A stretch of DNA of 64,000 bases from positions 13,702,001-13,766,000 of the forward strand of contig OX597843.1 of the NCBI GenBank assembly GCA_951406725.2. Direction: 5' to 3'. The notes beneath the pieces are model-generated. The model saw nothing but the letters and a program-made list of their open reading frames with translations. It made no database searches and was not told the origin of the DNA. Shown in pieces: positions 12,830 through 26,844 of this stretch. The position numbers and the translations under genes are program-made. Source of the stretch: Octopus vulgaris (lineage: Eukaryota). Within the stretch, counting starts at the first letter, position 1. Every line of letters starts with the position of its first letter.

Positions 12830-13282
12830 TGTAAAGAGGAAGTGGGAGTAATAGGCGGAGTGAAGCCTTTGAAGTGAGAGAGGGAAATCATAAAATATTG
12901 AGTTTTCTCGAATTTTTGCTTAATTGGGGGTCAGATTGAAAGAAATTTATATGCGATGACCGAATGGAATGTACTTGGAAAAATCCTAGGTAAACTCTAA
13001 TTGAAGAAATTGTGTGAGGAGTAAATCGTTATGTATTTATTTGTTTCTGTTTGCTCTGTATTTTTTTTTAGTAGTGGTTTAAGGTACACTTGCAAAGAGA
13101 AAGTAGGAGTAATTATGGTAATAGCATGAATGAAGCAGTTGAAATTAGAGAGGGAAATCGTAAAATATTTACTTTTCTCGAATTTTTGCTTAATTGGGAG
13201 TCAAATAGAAAAAAACTTTACATGCCATGACCCAATCGAATCTACTTGGAAAAAGCATAGGTAAATTCCAATTAAAGAAATT
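12830..13282. repeat. Diverged direct duplication (about 180-190 bp units), probably transposon-internal
   Basis: gagagggaaatc.taaaatatt...ttttctcgaatttttgcttaattggg...tacttggaaaaa..taggtaaa occurs at about 12830-13010 and 13095-13282. Confidence 0.7.
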
Positions 13283-13639
13283 CTATATTGTACAATTGTA
13301 TAAAAAACAAACGGTTTGGGAAGCAGAGAAAATCTACTCCAAACCACTAATAGTTGTAATTCTGAAAGGGAAAGAGAAATAAAAACGTTTACCCTGGACT
13401 ATGCATAGTTTCGGCAATCTTTTGCAAATAAAATAAAATGATTTTACTTTACAATTGGCATTGCCATCTTCAGCAGGAAGCCAAGGCTAACATATAGGCA
13501 TGAGGCGATATGGATCATGCCTCGAGTCTATATGCTATAACTTTTCAAAGTCCACCATGCACGTGCGGTTTTTCCAGCAGTAAATATAATTGCCGATATT
13601 CTTTCAAAATTAGCCAAAAAACCTTTTATCATTAATTAA

Positions 13640-13889
13640 TAAATCTTAGGGTAGCAAAAGAAAAATTCTCTGCTACCAGTGGCCTAGCAAGAAGGAAAGA
13701 ATAGTCAATAGACTATATATTATTCATAGAAAAATACAGTGTGCATTTAAACACATAAGAGATGACCATAATAGGACATCTGACTCAATAGAAAGAGCAG
13801 TTAAACTCCAAACCACTATTCTTTCCTTCTCGCTAAACCACTGGTAGTGTAGAATTTTTCTAAAATCTTTTTTTGCTACCCTAAGATTT
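13640..13889. mobile_element. MITE-like inverted-repeat element
   Basis: aaatcttagggtagcaaaa...gaaggaaagaatagt (13640-13706) is inverted at 13815-13889. Confidence 0.6.
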
Positions 13890-14088
13890 CATCATCGTCG
13901 TTTAACGTCCGTTCTCCATGCTAGCATGGGTTGGACGGTTCGACCGGGGTTCTGGGAAGCCAGAAGGCTGCACCAGGCTCCAGTCTAATCTGGCAATGTT
14001 TCTACAGCTGGATGCCCTTCCTAACGCCAACCACTCCGTGAGTGTAGTGGGTGCTTTTTACGTGCCACCTGCATTTATTAATATATAT

Positions 14089-14256
14089 ATAGGTGCAGGA
14101 GTGGCTGTGTGGTAAGTAGCTTGTTTACCAACCACATGGTTCCGGGTTCAGTCCCACTGCGTGGCACCTTGGGCAAGTGTCTTCTACTATAGCCTCGGGT
14201 CGACTAAAGCCTTGTGAAGGGATTTGGTAGACGGAAACTGAAAGAAGCCCGTCGTA

Positions 14257-14307
<51 letters not shown>

Positions 14308-14535
14308 GTGTGTGTGTTCGTGTGTCTGTGTTTGTCCCCCTAGCATTGCTTGACAACCGATGCTGGTGTGTTTATGTCCCTGTTACTTAGCGGTTCGGCA
14401 AAAGAGACCGATAGAATAAGTACTGGTCTTACAAAAGAATAAATCCTGGGGTCGATTTGCTCGACTAAAAGCGGTGCTCCAGCATGGCCGCAGTCAAATG
14501 ACTGAAACAAGTAAAAGAGTAAAAGAGTAAAAGAG
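14089..14535 (+). mobile_element. tRNA-derived CORE-like SINE (family A), full-length example
   Basis: A box TGGCTGTGTGG, B box GGTTCAGTCCC, CORE-like accttgggcaagtgtctt, internal (TA)/(TG) tract, 3' tail ending (GTAAAAGA)n. Other copies at about 21810-22220(-), 22920-23085(-), 24694-25102(+), 28448-28850(-), 34590-35030(-), 36775-37340(+), 45385-45785(-), 53055-53268(+) and 55190-55600(-). Confidence 0.85.
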
Positions 14536-14901
14536 AATATATATATATATATATATATATCTCACTTAATGTACAGTGTATTAACATAAGAGCAACAAAA
14601 AGTTTCCTGCTATGGAGACAGGTGGTGAGGCAGAGTTTTATAATGTGCTTTGTGTCTCCAAGCAATCTCCAGGGTCTGAGCATGTTGTCTGTCCTATTTG
14701 AAAACCAAGATGTTTGTACATGAGAAACCATGAAAAGAAACAAGAAGGTTGATGCATGAGAAACTACATTTTGCCTGTTTTTCCCAATTACAGGGGTTTG
14801 CATGCCCTAATATCACACCACTTTCTTCCGTCAGAATGCAGTGAGAGTCGATAATTTTATTTACAACATTTCAATTGGCACCGTTTCCTGAATCCCCCAA
14901 A

Positions 14902-14953
<52 letters not shown>

Positions 14954-15990
14954 ATTTTTTAATGTCCTCCTGGCATGCGTTGGATGCTTTGACCGAAGCC
15001 AAGCAGAAGACCACACCAAACTTCTGTGCTTGTTTTGGCAGGGTTTTCATGGCTGGATGCCCTTCCTAACCCCAACCAGCCTGTAGAGTGAACTGAGTGC
15101 TTTTCATGTGGCACCAGCACAGGGGGAGGTCAGTTTTAGCATGGTTTTTACAGCTAAATGCCCTTCCAAATGCCAACCACTTTATAGTGTGGACTTAATG
15201 CTTTTTGCGGGGCATCAGTATTGACAGAGGGATATATGTATGTGTGTACGTGTGTGTATATATATATGTATGTGTGTGTGTGTGTGGAGGCACAATGGCC
15301 CAGTGGTTAGGGCAGCGAACTCGCGGTCGTAGGATCGCAGTTTCGATTCCCAGACCAGGCATTATGAGTGTTTATTGAGTGAAAATGTCTAAAGCTCCAC
15401 GCGTCTCCGGCAGGGGGTGGTGGTGAATCCTGCTGTACTCTTTCACCACAACCTTCTCTCACTCTTTCTTCCTGTTTCTGTTGTACCTGTATTTCAAAGG
15501 GTCAGCCTTGTCACACTGAATCTCCTCGAGAACTCCGTTAAGGGTACATGTGCCTGTGGAGTGCTCAGCCACTTGCACGTTAATAAATGAGCTGTGACGT
15601 CACTGGTACCAAGCTGTGTCGGCCCCTTTGCCTTTCCCTTGGATAACATCGGTGGCGTGGAGAGGGGAGGTCGGTATGTGTAGGCAACTGCTGGTCTTCC
15701 ATAAAACAACCTTGCCCAGACTGGTGCCTTGGAGGGGTAACTTTCTAGGTGCAATTCCATGGTCATTCATGACCAAAGGGGGTCACGACGACGATATCAT
15801 GTCAAGCTGGAGATGGGAACGAGGACTTCCGTTTGCAAATACTGATAGGACACAGATAGTGTATCAATAGTCAGCTGGAGGAGATGTCTCCCTGGGGCTA
15901 AAAGCTAACCTTAAGGGTTAGCCACATTTAGGTGGAAAAATATACTTCATAATGTTGTGCAGCTACTGTTTTATACCTCGTTCAGAGATT

Positions 15991-16027
<37 letters not shown>

Positions 16028-16442
16028 GAAATAAATATCAATGGAAATAGTAGTTGTGATACCTGTGCCGGTGGCACATAAAAAGCACCATACGAACGTG
16101 GCCAATGCCAGCGCCGCCTTGACTGGCTTCCATGCTGGTGGCATGTTAAAAGCTCCAACCGATCGTGGCCGATGCCAGACTCCCCTGCCACCTGTGCCGG
16201 TGGCACGTAAAAAGCACCCACTACACTCGCGGAGTGGTTGGCGTTAGGAAGGTCATCCACCTGTAGAAACACTGCCAGATCAGACTGAGCCTGGTGCAGC
16301 CCCTGGCTTCCCAGACCCCGGTCGAACCGTCCAACCCGTGCTAGCATGGAGAACGGACGTTAAATGATGATGATGATGATGATGATAGAGATGTACTTGC
16401 ATAGCAAGTGATTTGATCTGAGATCGTATGCTGAAACGAAAG

Positions 16443-16727
16443 CAATTGCAGTGTGGAAGGTGTTTATAAGCCATTTAAGAAACACACAAAAGCCGTTAGA
16501 TTCACTTCAACATTTAAGTTTAATTTGTCAAAATATTTTCGTCGCTTTAAGACCGCAACCTCTTCACTGACAAAAATCCGTGCTGCAACTCAGATTTTTG
16601 TCAGTGAACAGGTCGCGGTCTTAAATGACGAAAATATTTTGACGAATTAAACTTAAATGTTGAAGTGAATCGAATGGCTTTTGTGTGTTTCTTAAATGGC
16701 TTACAAACACCTTCCAAGCTGCAATTG
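16443..16727. repeat. Long palindrome of a Penelope-like repeat carrying a variant hammerhead
   Basis: Arms of about 135 bp with a short loop at about 16579-16592; a single non-inverted copy of the family lies at about 54415-54607. Confidence 0.85.
16597..16646 (+). ncRNA. Type I hammerhead variant with G3-C8 core (GUGAACA)
   Basis: Stem I TTTGTCA/TGACGAA, core GTGAACA, stem II GTCG/TGAC, GAAA, palindromic AAAATATTTT helix III; same core at 54422-54471. Confidence 0.6.
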
Positions 16728-17259
16728 TATATAATTATAATTATTAGGGATATATGAAGGGCGCTGAAAAGTTCCTGGCTTTGGGTAAAAGAGGATACAG
16801 GAGGATCAGTTCATTATGATTTTATTCAACATATTCCCCTCTCAGTTTCCCACTCCCTCCTATGTATATGTGTTGTTAAAATATGTTCACACACACACAC
16901 ACATCTGAGGCCCTCTATTCGGTACCACCACTACTGAACTAGTAATTATATCTCTCCCTTTTATTTCTGTTCCCTATTCCGACTCTCATGGCTTCCTTCA
17001 TCACCTATTTCATAATTACTGTGGGTGGTGATGCTGGTAGTGGTAGTGGTGGTGGTGGTGGTGGTGGGGGTGGGTGAATTTCAGCATGAAGTGTGTTGGT
17101 GTATAAAGAGAGTTGTCTGGAGGTATTGGTGGTGGTGTGTCGAAGGAGGGGTGGGTGTTTGGGGTTGTCATGAAGAGCCTCCCCACCCTGCAAGGTTGCT
17201 AAGTGTGTATGAAGGATATAAATTTTGAGGCAGCGAGTACTGAGACTGTGTTTTTGTGA

Positions 17260-17307
<48 letters not shown>

Positions 17308-17329
17308 GTGTTTGTATATATATATATAT

Positions 17330-17469
<140 letters not shown>

Positions 17470-17515
17470 TATATATGTATATATATGTATATGTATATAT
17501 ATGTATATGCATATG

Positions 17516-17571
<56 letters not shown>

Positions 17572-18984
17572 TAGACATATATATATATATATATATATCT
17601 GTCTGTCTGTGTATATATATACACACACACATACATATTTACATACATACACATCTATACATACAAATACATATACATAGATACACACACACACACACAC
17701 ATATATATATACTTATATACACATATAAATATGTGCATGTATGCACACATACGCATACATAAGAACGTATGCATGTATGACATTATTTTCTTTCTAGACC
17801 TTGTTACTTGGTGAACAACACTGAAACAGCAACACATGTACATATTTGAGTGTATGTATATATATATATATGTGTATATATGTATATGTGCATATATATA
17901 TGCATATATTTGTATTCATGCATGTCTGTGTGCGTGCATTATGTATACCGCATAGGCACACACATACACACACACACACGGGTGACTTGTAATTATGAGG
18001 AATAAATAAAAAAAATAAAATGACAAAAACAACATGAAAAACATGAAAAAAATGCAAGGAAAATGTGATTCAGGGAAATGGGATAATGGTGTTTTGTTTT
18101 AAGGCCAGATACAACATACACAAACATAGTTTTAGTATCAGATTTCCTTGTTTACTTCAATTGTACCCCTTTATTCATGTCCTTATATCTTTATTTTTTA
18201 AGTATATGACTCATTTTGCTAGTCAAAATATACTGCATTTTGGGCAAAACATGAAGCCTGCTGGATATAGTTACATTCGCAACACTGGAGACACAGTGGT
18301 TTTCCTGAAAAAACACATTTTTTTCCCTTTTCAGTTTGAATACATTATTGTTATCTTTTTATTACTGAAAATGTTTGTCTGGAATCTAAAGAAGAATAAT
18401 AATGAAAGAATCCTATTTGAGTTCAAATTCCACCAAAGTCAGCTTTGCCTATCATCCTTTTTGAGTTGATAAAATATCAGCTGATAGAATTGATTTGCTC
18501 CCTCCCCTAAAAGTCAAGGCCTTATGCCTATAGTAGAAAGGATTATTATTTATCATCATCATCATCGTTTAACATCTACCTTCCATGCTGGCATGGGTGG
18601 GATGGTTTGACAGGAGTTGGCCAGGCAAAAGACCATACCAGACTTCTGTGAATGTTTTGGCAGGATTTTTACAGCTGGATGCCCTTCCTAACACCAACCA
18701 CTCAGCAGAGTGGACTTGGTACTTTATTGTTATTATTATTATTATTTGTTACTACTACAGGCACAAGAACTGACATTTTAGAGTAGGAGGCTTGTTGACT
18801 ACATCAACCTCAGTGCGCAACTGGTACTTATTTTATTGACCCTGAAAGGATGACAAGTAATGTCAACCTTGGTGGAATTTGAACTCAGAATGTGACAATA
18901 GATGAAATGCTGCCAAGCATTTTGCCTGGCATGCTAACAATTCTGCCAGCTCACCGCATTAACATTAATGATAATAATGATGAT

Positions 18985-21240
18985 AATAATAACAGAGAGA
19001 AAGCAACCATACTTTGGGATGTGCCAATACACACAAATAGAGAAATCAAGGCTAATAGACCAGATATAGTTATCAGAGGACCCCAAGAAAAAAAAAAGTT
19101 TTCTAATCAATGTACCAATCCCAACAGATGACAATGTGTCTCTAAAAGACATACAGAAACTCTCAAAATACAAAAACCTGAAAATAGAGACAACCTGAGT
19201 GTGGAGCCTTGAAACAGAAGCAACCAATATAATGATCGGTGCATTAGGAATCATCATCATCATCATCATCATCGTTTAGCATCCGCTTTCCATGCTCGCA
19301 TGGGTTGGACGGTTCAACTGGGGTCTGGGAAGCCAGAAGGCTGTACCAGGCCCAGTCTGATCTGGCAATGTTTCTACGGCTGGATACCCTTCCTAATGCC
19401 AACCACTCCGTGAGTGTAGTGGGTGCTTTTTACGTGCCACTGGCATGGGGGCTAGGCGAGGCTAGCAACGGCCACGATTAGATGGTGCTTTTTACGTGCC
19501 ACCGGCACGAGGCCAGTCAGGGCGGAGCTGGCAACGGCCATGTTTGGATGGTTCTCTTACATGCCGCCGGCACTGGTATCACACAAAAAAAACATTCAAA
19601 TACATAGCAAAACCACCAGGACTTAGCAAAACCACCAGTATGTATAACATAGAGAAAATAGCACTACTAGGAATCACACACGTCCTACAACCATAAGAGC
19701 ACCACAACAAACCACAGCACATACCCAAGGCACACAGACCTGCGCTCGGTAGTGCAGTGAAAACACGTGATAAAAATAAGACTACTGAATAATAATGATG
19801 GAATAAAACATTCAATGACGAGGGAAAGGATTAGAAAAGAATGTTATTGCAGGTTAAGGGCAATACTCAAGACACAGAGCTGAATGCAAGAAACAGGATC
19901 GAAGTGATCAATATTTTAGCCATACCAGTCATAACTTACAGTTTCATTATCGTTAACTGGTCAGTTACTGAAAGATGTAATCTTGACAGAAAAATACAAA
20001 AACTGTTGACACTGCATAGGATGCACCACGCTAAGGCAGATATAGAACGACTTTATCTACCAAGAAAAGAGGGAGGCCATGGACTTTTACAACTGGCAAT
20101 AACAATGAAGATTGCCACAATTGACTTAAGCATCCACCTGAAAAAACTCTGAGGACTGGATGTTAAAATTTGTCTCAAAAAATGAAAACAAGAAAACATC
20201 ATACTCAGTAACAAAAGAGGCAAAGGAATCATCATCATCATCATCATCATCATCGTTTAACATCCGTTCTCCATGCTAGCATGGGTTGGACGGTTCGACC
20301 GGGGATCTGGGAAGCCAGAAGGCTGCACCAGGCTCCAGTCTTATCTGGCAATGTTTCTACAGCTGGATGCCCTTCCTAGCGCCAACCACTCCGTGAGTGT
20401 AGTGGGTGCTTTTTACGTGCCACCTGCACTGGTGCCAGGCGAGGCTGGCATCGGCCACAGTCGGATTGGTGCATTTTACGTGCCACCGGCACGGAAGCCA
20501 GTCGAGGCGGCACTGGCTTCGGCCACGATTCGGATGGTGCTTTTTATGTGCCAGTCGAGGCGGCGCTGGAAACCAGTCGAGGCGGCGCTGGCATCGGCCA
20601 CGATTTGGATAGTGCTTTTTACATACCACCAGTCCAGGGGTCCTGGCATCTGCTGGATGCCAGTCATAGGATTGGTTCAATTTCGATTCTGATTTCGATT
20701 TCAATTTCATTTGCCCCAACAGGTCTTCGCAAGCAGGCATGGGTGCCTGCCGTCGGATGAGGTTCGATATCGACTTCGCTTGCCTCAACAGGTCTTTGTG
20801 TGTCCAAGGGAGGAAAGGCATGCATAAGTGAATTCCGAATACAACAAATCCCAGAATTAGATGTACTGGAAACAAGCACAGAAAAAGCTAAGCATAAGAA
20901 AGCCCATGCTAAAACTGTTGCCTTAGATATTCTGACTGATAAATGGCAAGAAAAACCTCTCAATGGCAAATACCCAAAGAGAGCTAATAGTGCCAATGTT
21001 GACAAAGCCCTTACCCATCAGTGGCTAGTGTCTTCTGGCTTAAAATCAGAAACAGAAGGGTTTATCATAGCAGGCAAAGATCAATGCCTACCTATACAAG
21101 GATCTACCAGGCCAACATATTAAAGAACAGCAGTAGCTCAGCATGTCTCGTATGTAAACAGCAAAATGAAACCATTTATCATGCTGTCTCCATATGCAGT
21201 CTTCTTGCGCCGACAGAATATCTCAACAGGCATGATGGAG
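18985..21240 (+). mobile_element. R4/Dong-clade (REL-endonuclease) LINE fragments, interrupted by RTE 3' ends
   Basis: ILWDVPIHTNREIKANRPDIVI (REL PD motif, about 19010-19075); INILAIPVITYSF...RLYLPRKEGGHGL (19841-20152); WQEKPLNGKY...GLKSETEGFII and the CCHC knuckle CLVCKQQNETIYHAVSIC (20940-21240). Confidence 0.8.
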
Positions 21241-21244
21241 CACG

Positions 21245-21425
21245 TCTGCTGTTACGTTGTGAGTTCAAATTCCGCCGAGGTCAACTTTGCCTTTCATCCT
21301 TTCGGGGTCAATGAGTTAAGTACCAGTTACGCACTGGGGTCCATGTAATCGACTTAATACCTATGTCTGTCCTTGTTTGTCCCCTCTGTGTTTAGCCCCT
21401 TGTGGGTAATAAAGAAATAGGTATT
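21245..21425 (+). mobile_element. tRNA-derived SINE (family B)
   Basis: gagttcaaattccgccgaggtc.actttgcctttcatcctttcggggtc...ccccttgtgggtaataaagaaat. Copies at about 10530-10647(-), 18750-18960(-), 27950-28350(-), 35030-35262(-), 35830-36160(+), 38978-39207(-) and 53808-54040(-). Confidence 0.8.
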
Positions 21426-22026
21426 TATTCACTGGGTAATTTGCCGAAACTGCCCCGTGATAAAAACTGGAGGGAACACAAACAACTGCAGGGGCTTGAA
21501 AATGACCACATCTCACTCTTCTGAAACTTCAGAACTGACAGATGCAAATAGGTTTTCTTATGTGCCCCTTCAATCCCAGATGGACCTACAACCTTGTTTC
21601 AAACTGGACACATATTTTGTTTTGGTCTATGAAGGAGCAGTTCCCATAGGAGCCTTACTTTTGTCCCCTACCATGGGACCATGTGACTGTTCATGACTAA
21701 TTCAGCTTTTGATAAGAATTGCCTTTTATGGGCAACACTCGTGAAACCACCTTCAAAATCTCTAAGAAGTTGTCCCTGTTTTTGAATGAACCCATTTATT
21801 TTTTGCATACTCTCTTTTCTTTTACTCTTTTACTTGTTTCAGTCATTTGACTGCGGCTATGCTGGAGCACCGCCTTTAGTCAAGCAAATCGACCCCGGGA
21901 CTTATTCTTTGTAAGCCCAGTACTTATTCTATCGGTCTCTTTTGCTGAACCGCTAAGTTACGGGGACGTAAACACACCCACCAGCATCGGTTGTCAAGCG
22001 ATGTTGGGAGGACAAACACACACACT

Positions 22027-22064
<38 letters not shown>

Positions 22065-22357
22065 TACAACGGGCTTCTTTCAGTTTCCATCTACCAAATC
22101 CACTCATAAGGCTTTGGTCGGCCCGAGGCTATAGTAGAAGACACTTGCCCAAGGTGCCACGCAGTGGGACTGAACCCAGGACCATGTGGTTGGTAAGCAA
22201 GCTACTTACCACACAGCCATTCAAATGTTTCACAATCTTTCTTGGTTGGGCCATTCCACTTTGATTGATTCAAAGCAAGCATTTGCCAATCACACCCAGT
22301 TACTCCCCCCCCCTACCACCACATATACACAACAGATTGTAAGAAAACAGTACTTAC

Positions 22358-22414
22358 CTAGCAATAGGTTCATTGTCTATCTTTATCACACAGTAGGGAT
22401 CACTGACTCCTGAC
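22358..22414 (-). CDS. GAP1-family RasGAP (RASAL1/RASA4-like), C2A domain exon (57 nt, phase 2->2)
   Basis: ttttttaacag|G TCA GGA GTC AGT GAT CCC TAC TGT...GCT AG|gtaagt translates SGVSDPYCVIKIDNEPIAR, matching the SDPYCxVKVDNE motif of the RASAL1/RASA4 C2A domain. Canonical splice sites; joins the 1955-2068 exon in frame. Confidence 0.9.
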
Positions 22415-22793
22415 CTGTTAAAAAATTAAACACAAAACAATTGTAAAGAAAAGCTATATATGTGTGTGTGTGTATATATATATATAATAATAATAATATA
22501 TATATATATAATAATAATAATAATAATATATATATATATAATAATATATATATAATAATAACATGTGACTAAATTTCTGTTACATTTTTGGTCCCCTAAA
22601 GAAAACAGTAGAACATGCTTTCTATGTTATGACCCAAGAAGATTTTATATATTTTTATATATTTTTTATGTATTTTTATATAATTTTTATGACGAAAAAT
22701 GCGAGCGATGTATAAGTATGCAGGCAAGCAGAGTTATAACACAGTAATTTCCCTTTGTATAACGGTATTTTTTCATAGCGTTTTCAAATAGCC

Positions 22794-22856
22794 AGATAAC
22801 CGAAGAGATGGTGTTGTGGATTTCCACTTCGGCATCTGAAACTTAGAGTTTTATCT
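22794..22856 (+). ncRNA. Type I hammerhead-like motif (family C, CCGAAGA core)
   Basis: Stem I AGATAA/TTATCT, CCGAAGA, stem II GATG/CATC, GAAAC-TTAGA-GTT. Confidence 0.5.
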
Positions 22857-23856
22857 TGACTATCGAGTAATGTAACATATTATTGTATAGATATATATAT
22901 ATATATATATATACATATATACGACAGGCTTCTTTCAGTTTCCGTCTACCAAATCCACTCACAAGGCATTGGTCGGCCTGGGGCTATAGCAGAAGACACT
23001 TGCCCAAGATGCCACGCAGTGGGACTGAACCCGGACCCATGTGGTTGGTTAGCAAGCTACTTACCACACAGCCACTCCTGCGCCCATTTGTTTATGTTTT
23101 TATATGTTATAATATAAATAAATTATTGGATTGTCAGTTGAATCTCTATTTAATTTATTGTTTATATATAAAGAGAGGCAATAACAAGTGTCTAAGACCT
23201 ATGGAGATAAGCACCCACTACACTCTCGGAGTGGTTGGCATTAGGAAGGACATCCAGCTGTAGAAAATCTGCCAGATCAAGATTGGAGCCTGGTGCAGCC
23301 ATCTGGCTCGCCAGCCCTCAGTCAAATCGTCCAACCCATGCCAGCATGGAAAACGGACGTTAAACGATGATGATGATGATGATAGCTGAGTGTATGTCTT
23401 TGCACCTGTGTTTGTCCCCGACATCACCACTTGGTTTGTGTCCCATAACTTAGCGGTTCAGCAAAAGAGACTTAGAATAAGTACTAGGCTTACAAAGAAT
23501 AAGTGCTGGGGTCAATTTGCTCGCCTAAAGAGAGTGCTCCAGCATTGCTGCAGTCAAATGACTGTAAAAGTAAAAGAATAAAAGAATATATATGTGTGTA
23601 TATATATATAACTAATGTAGGATAAAATTTTTTTGGGGAAAAAAAAATTTTATCAATGGCCAGCATATCAAAAATACCTTTAAAGGTTAAATTTATAAAT
23701 AATTTATAAATAATTTACAATAATAGATTTTTTAGAAATTTCTATTGGCTTGTTTCGAGACGCATAAATTATAATGGTTATTGATAATTTTTGTCTTTTT
23801 TTCGGCATATTTGGCATTAGAATTTTTATTTTGCCCTTATTTTGTAAATTATTTAT

Positions 23857-23904
<48 letters not shown>

Positions 23905-24257
23905 TACAGACACATATATATGTATGTATATATGTATCATAGTACATATACATTTAAAGATGTGTGTATGTGTGCATTTGTGTGTGTGTCTGTGTGTGTT
24001 GCTGACAAGGTGTTTATAATGAATGACATACTTTTATAGGGTTTAAATAGGTCAGTGTATGTTGGGTTGCCTGCCTGTCTGTCTGTTCGTGTGTGTGTGT
24101 GTGTACATGCATGTATATGTGCCTGTATATGCATGTAGACATATATATACACACACAGACATACATATATATATATAAATATATATATATATGTGTGTGT
24201 GTGTGTGTATGTATTTATGTATGTATGTATATATATGTGTGTATATATATGTATGCT

Positions 24258-24303
<46 letters not shown>

Positions 24304-25155
24304 TATATGTACATGTGTAAGTATTTATATATATGTATATATATATGTATGCTTGTGTCTCTCTCTCTCTATATATATATACATACACGCATATACGCAT
24401 GCGTAAATGTATGTAAATATTTTTCTCTGCATGTATGTGAGTGTATATAAACATGTGTCTTTCTCAAAGAACCTCTTCTGAGACAATAAATATAAATATA
24501 GTGTGCCTGCTGTGTGTATGGGGGTATGTATAGCAAGAGAAGGAACCAAGTCAGGCGATTTTATTTATATACACCTCCCTTGGTTATTGGCGGCAACAGA
24601 CAGAAGTTCTAGGAATGGCAAGAATGGTAAAATGGAATGGTCTGTGGTAATATGTTATAGGAGGGGGTGCAATGGCAAAAAAACTGTACATACATAGGCG
24701 CATGAGTGGCTGTGTGGTAAGTAGCTTGCTTACCAACCACATGGTTCCAGGTTCAGTCCCACTATGTGGCACCTTGGACAAGTATCTTCTACTATAGCCT
24801 CGGGCCGACCAAAGCCTTGTGAGTGGATTCGGTAGACGGAAACTGAAAGAAGCCTGTCGTATATATGTATATATATATCTGTGTGTATGTTTGTGTGTCT
24901 GTGTTTGTCCCCCTAGCATCACTTGACAACCGATGCTGGTGTGTTTATGTCCCCGTCACTTAGCGGTTCGGCAAAAAGAGACCGATAGAATAAGTACTGG
25001 GCTTACAAAACGAATAAGTCCTGGGGTCAAGTTGCTCGATTAAAGGCAGTGCTCCAGCATGGCCACAGTCAAATGACTGAAACAAGTAAAAGAGTAAAGA
25101 GTAATATGTGTGTGTGTTTGTTTTACAAGATTCCTGATGTGAAATATATATATAT

Positions 25156-25191
<36 letters not shown>

Positions 25192-25312
25192 CTCACTAAA
25201 TGTGGTCAGGGTGGTAAAAAACACCTAAATTGCTAGAAATAAGAGCTGAAATACTCTAATGCTGTAGTTAAGGCTCAGGAGGGAAAACATATACACTAAC
25301 TGGGACGTGTGT

Positions 25313-25401
<89 letters not shown>

Positions 25402-26844
25402 TGTGTGTGTGTGTGTGTGAGTGTGTGAGAGTGTGAGTGTGTGAGTGTGTGTGTCTGAGTGAGTGTGTGTGTGAGTGTGTTTCTGTGTGTGTGTGTGTGA
25501 GTGTGTGTGTGAGTGTACGTGTGAGTGTGTGTGTGTGAGTGTGTGTGTGAGAGTGTGTGTGTGTGTGTGAGTGTGTTTGTGTGTGTGTGTGAGTGCGTGA
25601 GTGTGTGTGTGTGTGAGAGTATGTGTGTGAGTATGTATGTGTGAGTGTATATGTGTGAGAGTGTGTTTGAGTGTGTATGTGTGTGTTTATGTGTGAGTGT
25701 GTGTGTGTGTGTGCTGTAATGATTCTTCAATGTTGCTGCTGCCTGGCAAATTGTATTCAGGACCCTTTAAATACCCATCCACCTCCCTTTCACCTTTCAC
25801 TCGTTTCAGTCTTTCGACTGTGGCCATGCTGGGGCACTGCCTTGAAGAAGTTTTAATCAAACAAATTAACTTCATTTCTTGTAGTATTTTTTTTGTATAT
25901 GTTTCGACCTTCCTTTCTTGGTATATTTTGTTGCCATCAAGTGGTGGGGATGTAAACAAACCAGCACCAGTTGTCAAGCATGAGGGTGGAAGATAGAATG
26001 ACAAAGAGACCCGATGATACACACACATATACATATCTATATACGATGGGATTCATTCAGTTTCCATCTAACACTTCCTCTCACAAAGCTTTGGTCAGCT
26101 TGAGACCCTAGCAGAAGACACTTGCCCAAGGTACCATGCTGTGGGACTGAACCCAGAATCATTGGCTGGGGAAGCAAGCTTCTTAACCGATGCACATACA
26201 TCATCATCATCATCGTTTAACGTCCGTTTTCCGTGCTAGCAAGGGTGGGACGGTTCGACCGGGGTCTGGAAAGCCAGGGGCTGCACCAGGCTCCAGTCTG
26301 ATCTAGCAGTGTTTCTATAGCTGGATGCCCTTCCTCACGCCAACCACTCCGCGAGTGTAGTGGGTGCTTTTTACGTGCCACCTACACAGGTGCCAGGGGA
26401 GTCCGGCATCGGCCACGATCGGTTGGTGCTTTTAACGTGCCACCAGCATGGAAGCCAGCCAAGGCGGCGCTGGCATTGGCCACGTTCGGATGGTGGTTTT
26501 TATGTGCCACCGGCACAGGTATCACAACTACTATTTCCATTGATATTTATTTCGATGTTCATGTACTTGACTTAATAGGTCTCCTCAAGAAAACATTTAC
26601 AAACAAAGTTGACCATATTGAGACCGTTGGACCAAAAGAACATTGGTGGAACTCAAAAATGAAAACACGACCAACCAGGTAGCTTTATGTGAAAAAAGAT
26701 CAGTTCTGTGGGGGAAATCAGCTGACCCACCCCAACATGAATGGGGTTAGAAAACTACAAGAGAAAGAAGACGTCTACAGACCATTGACAAGGTGGTAGC
26801 GAATCCAGTACTCAAGATACACTTCCAGTTTCATACCCATTGTT

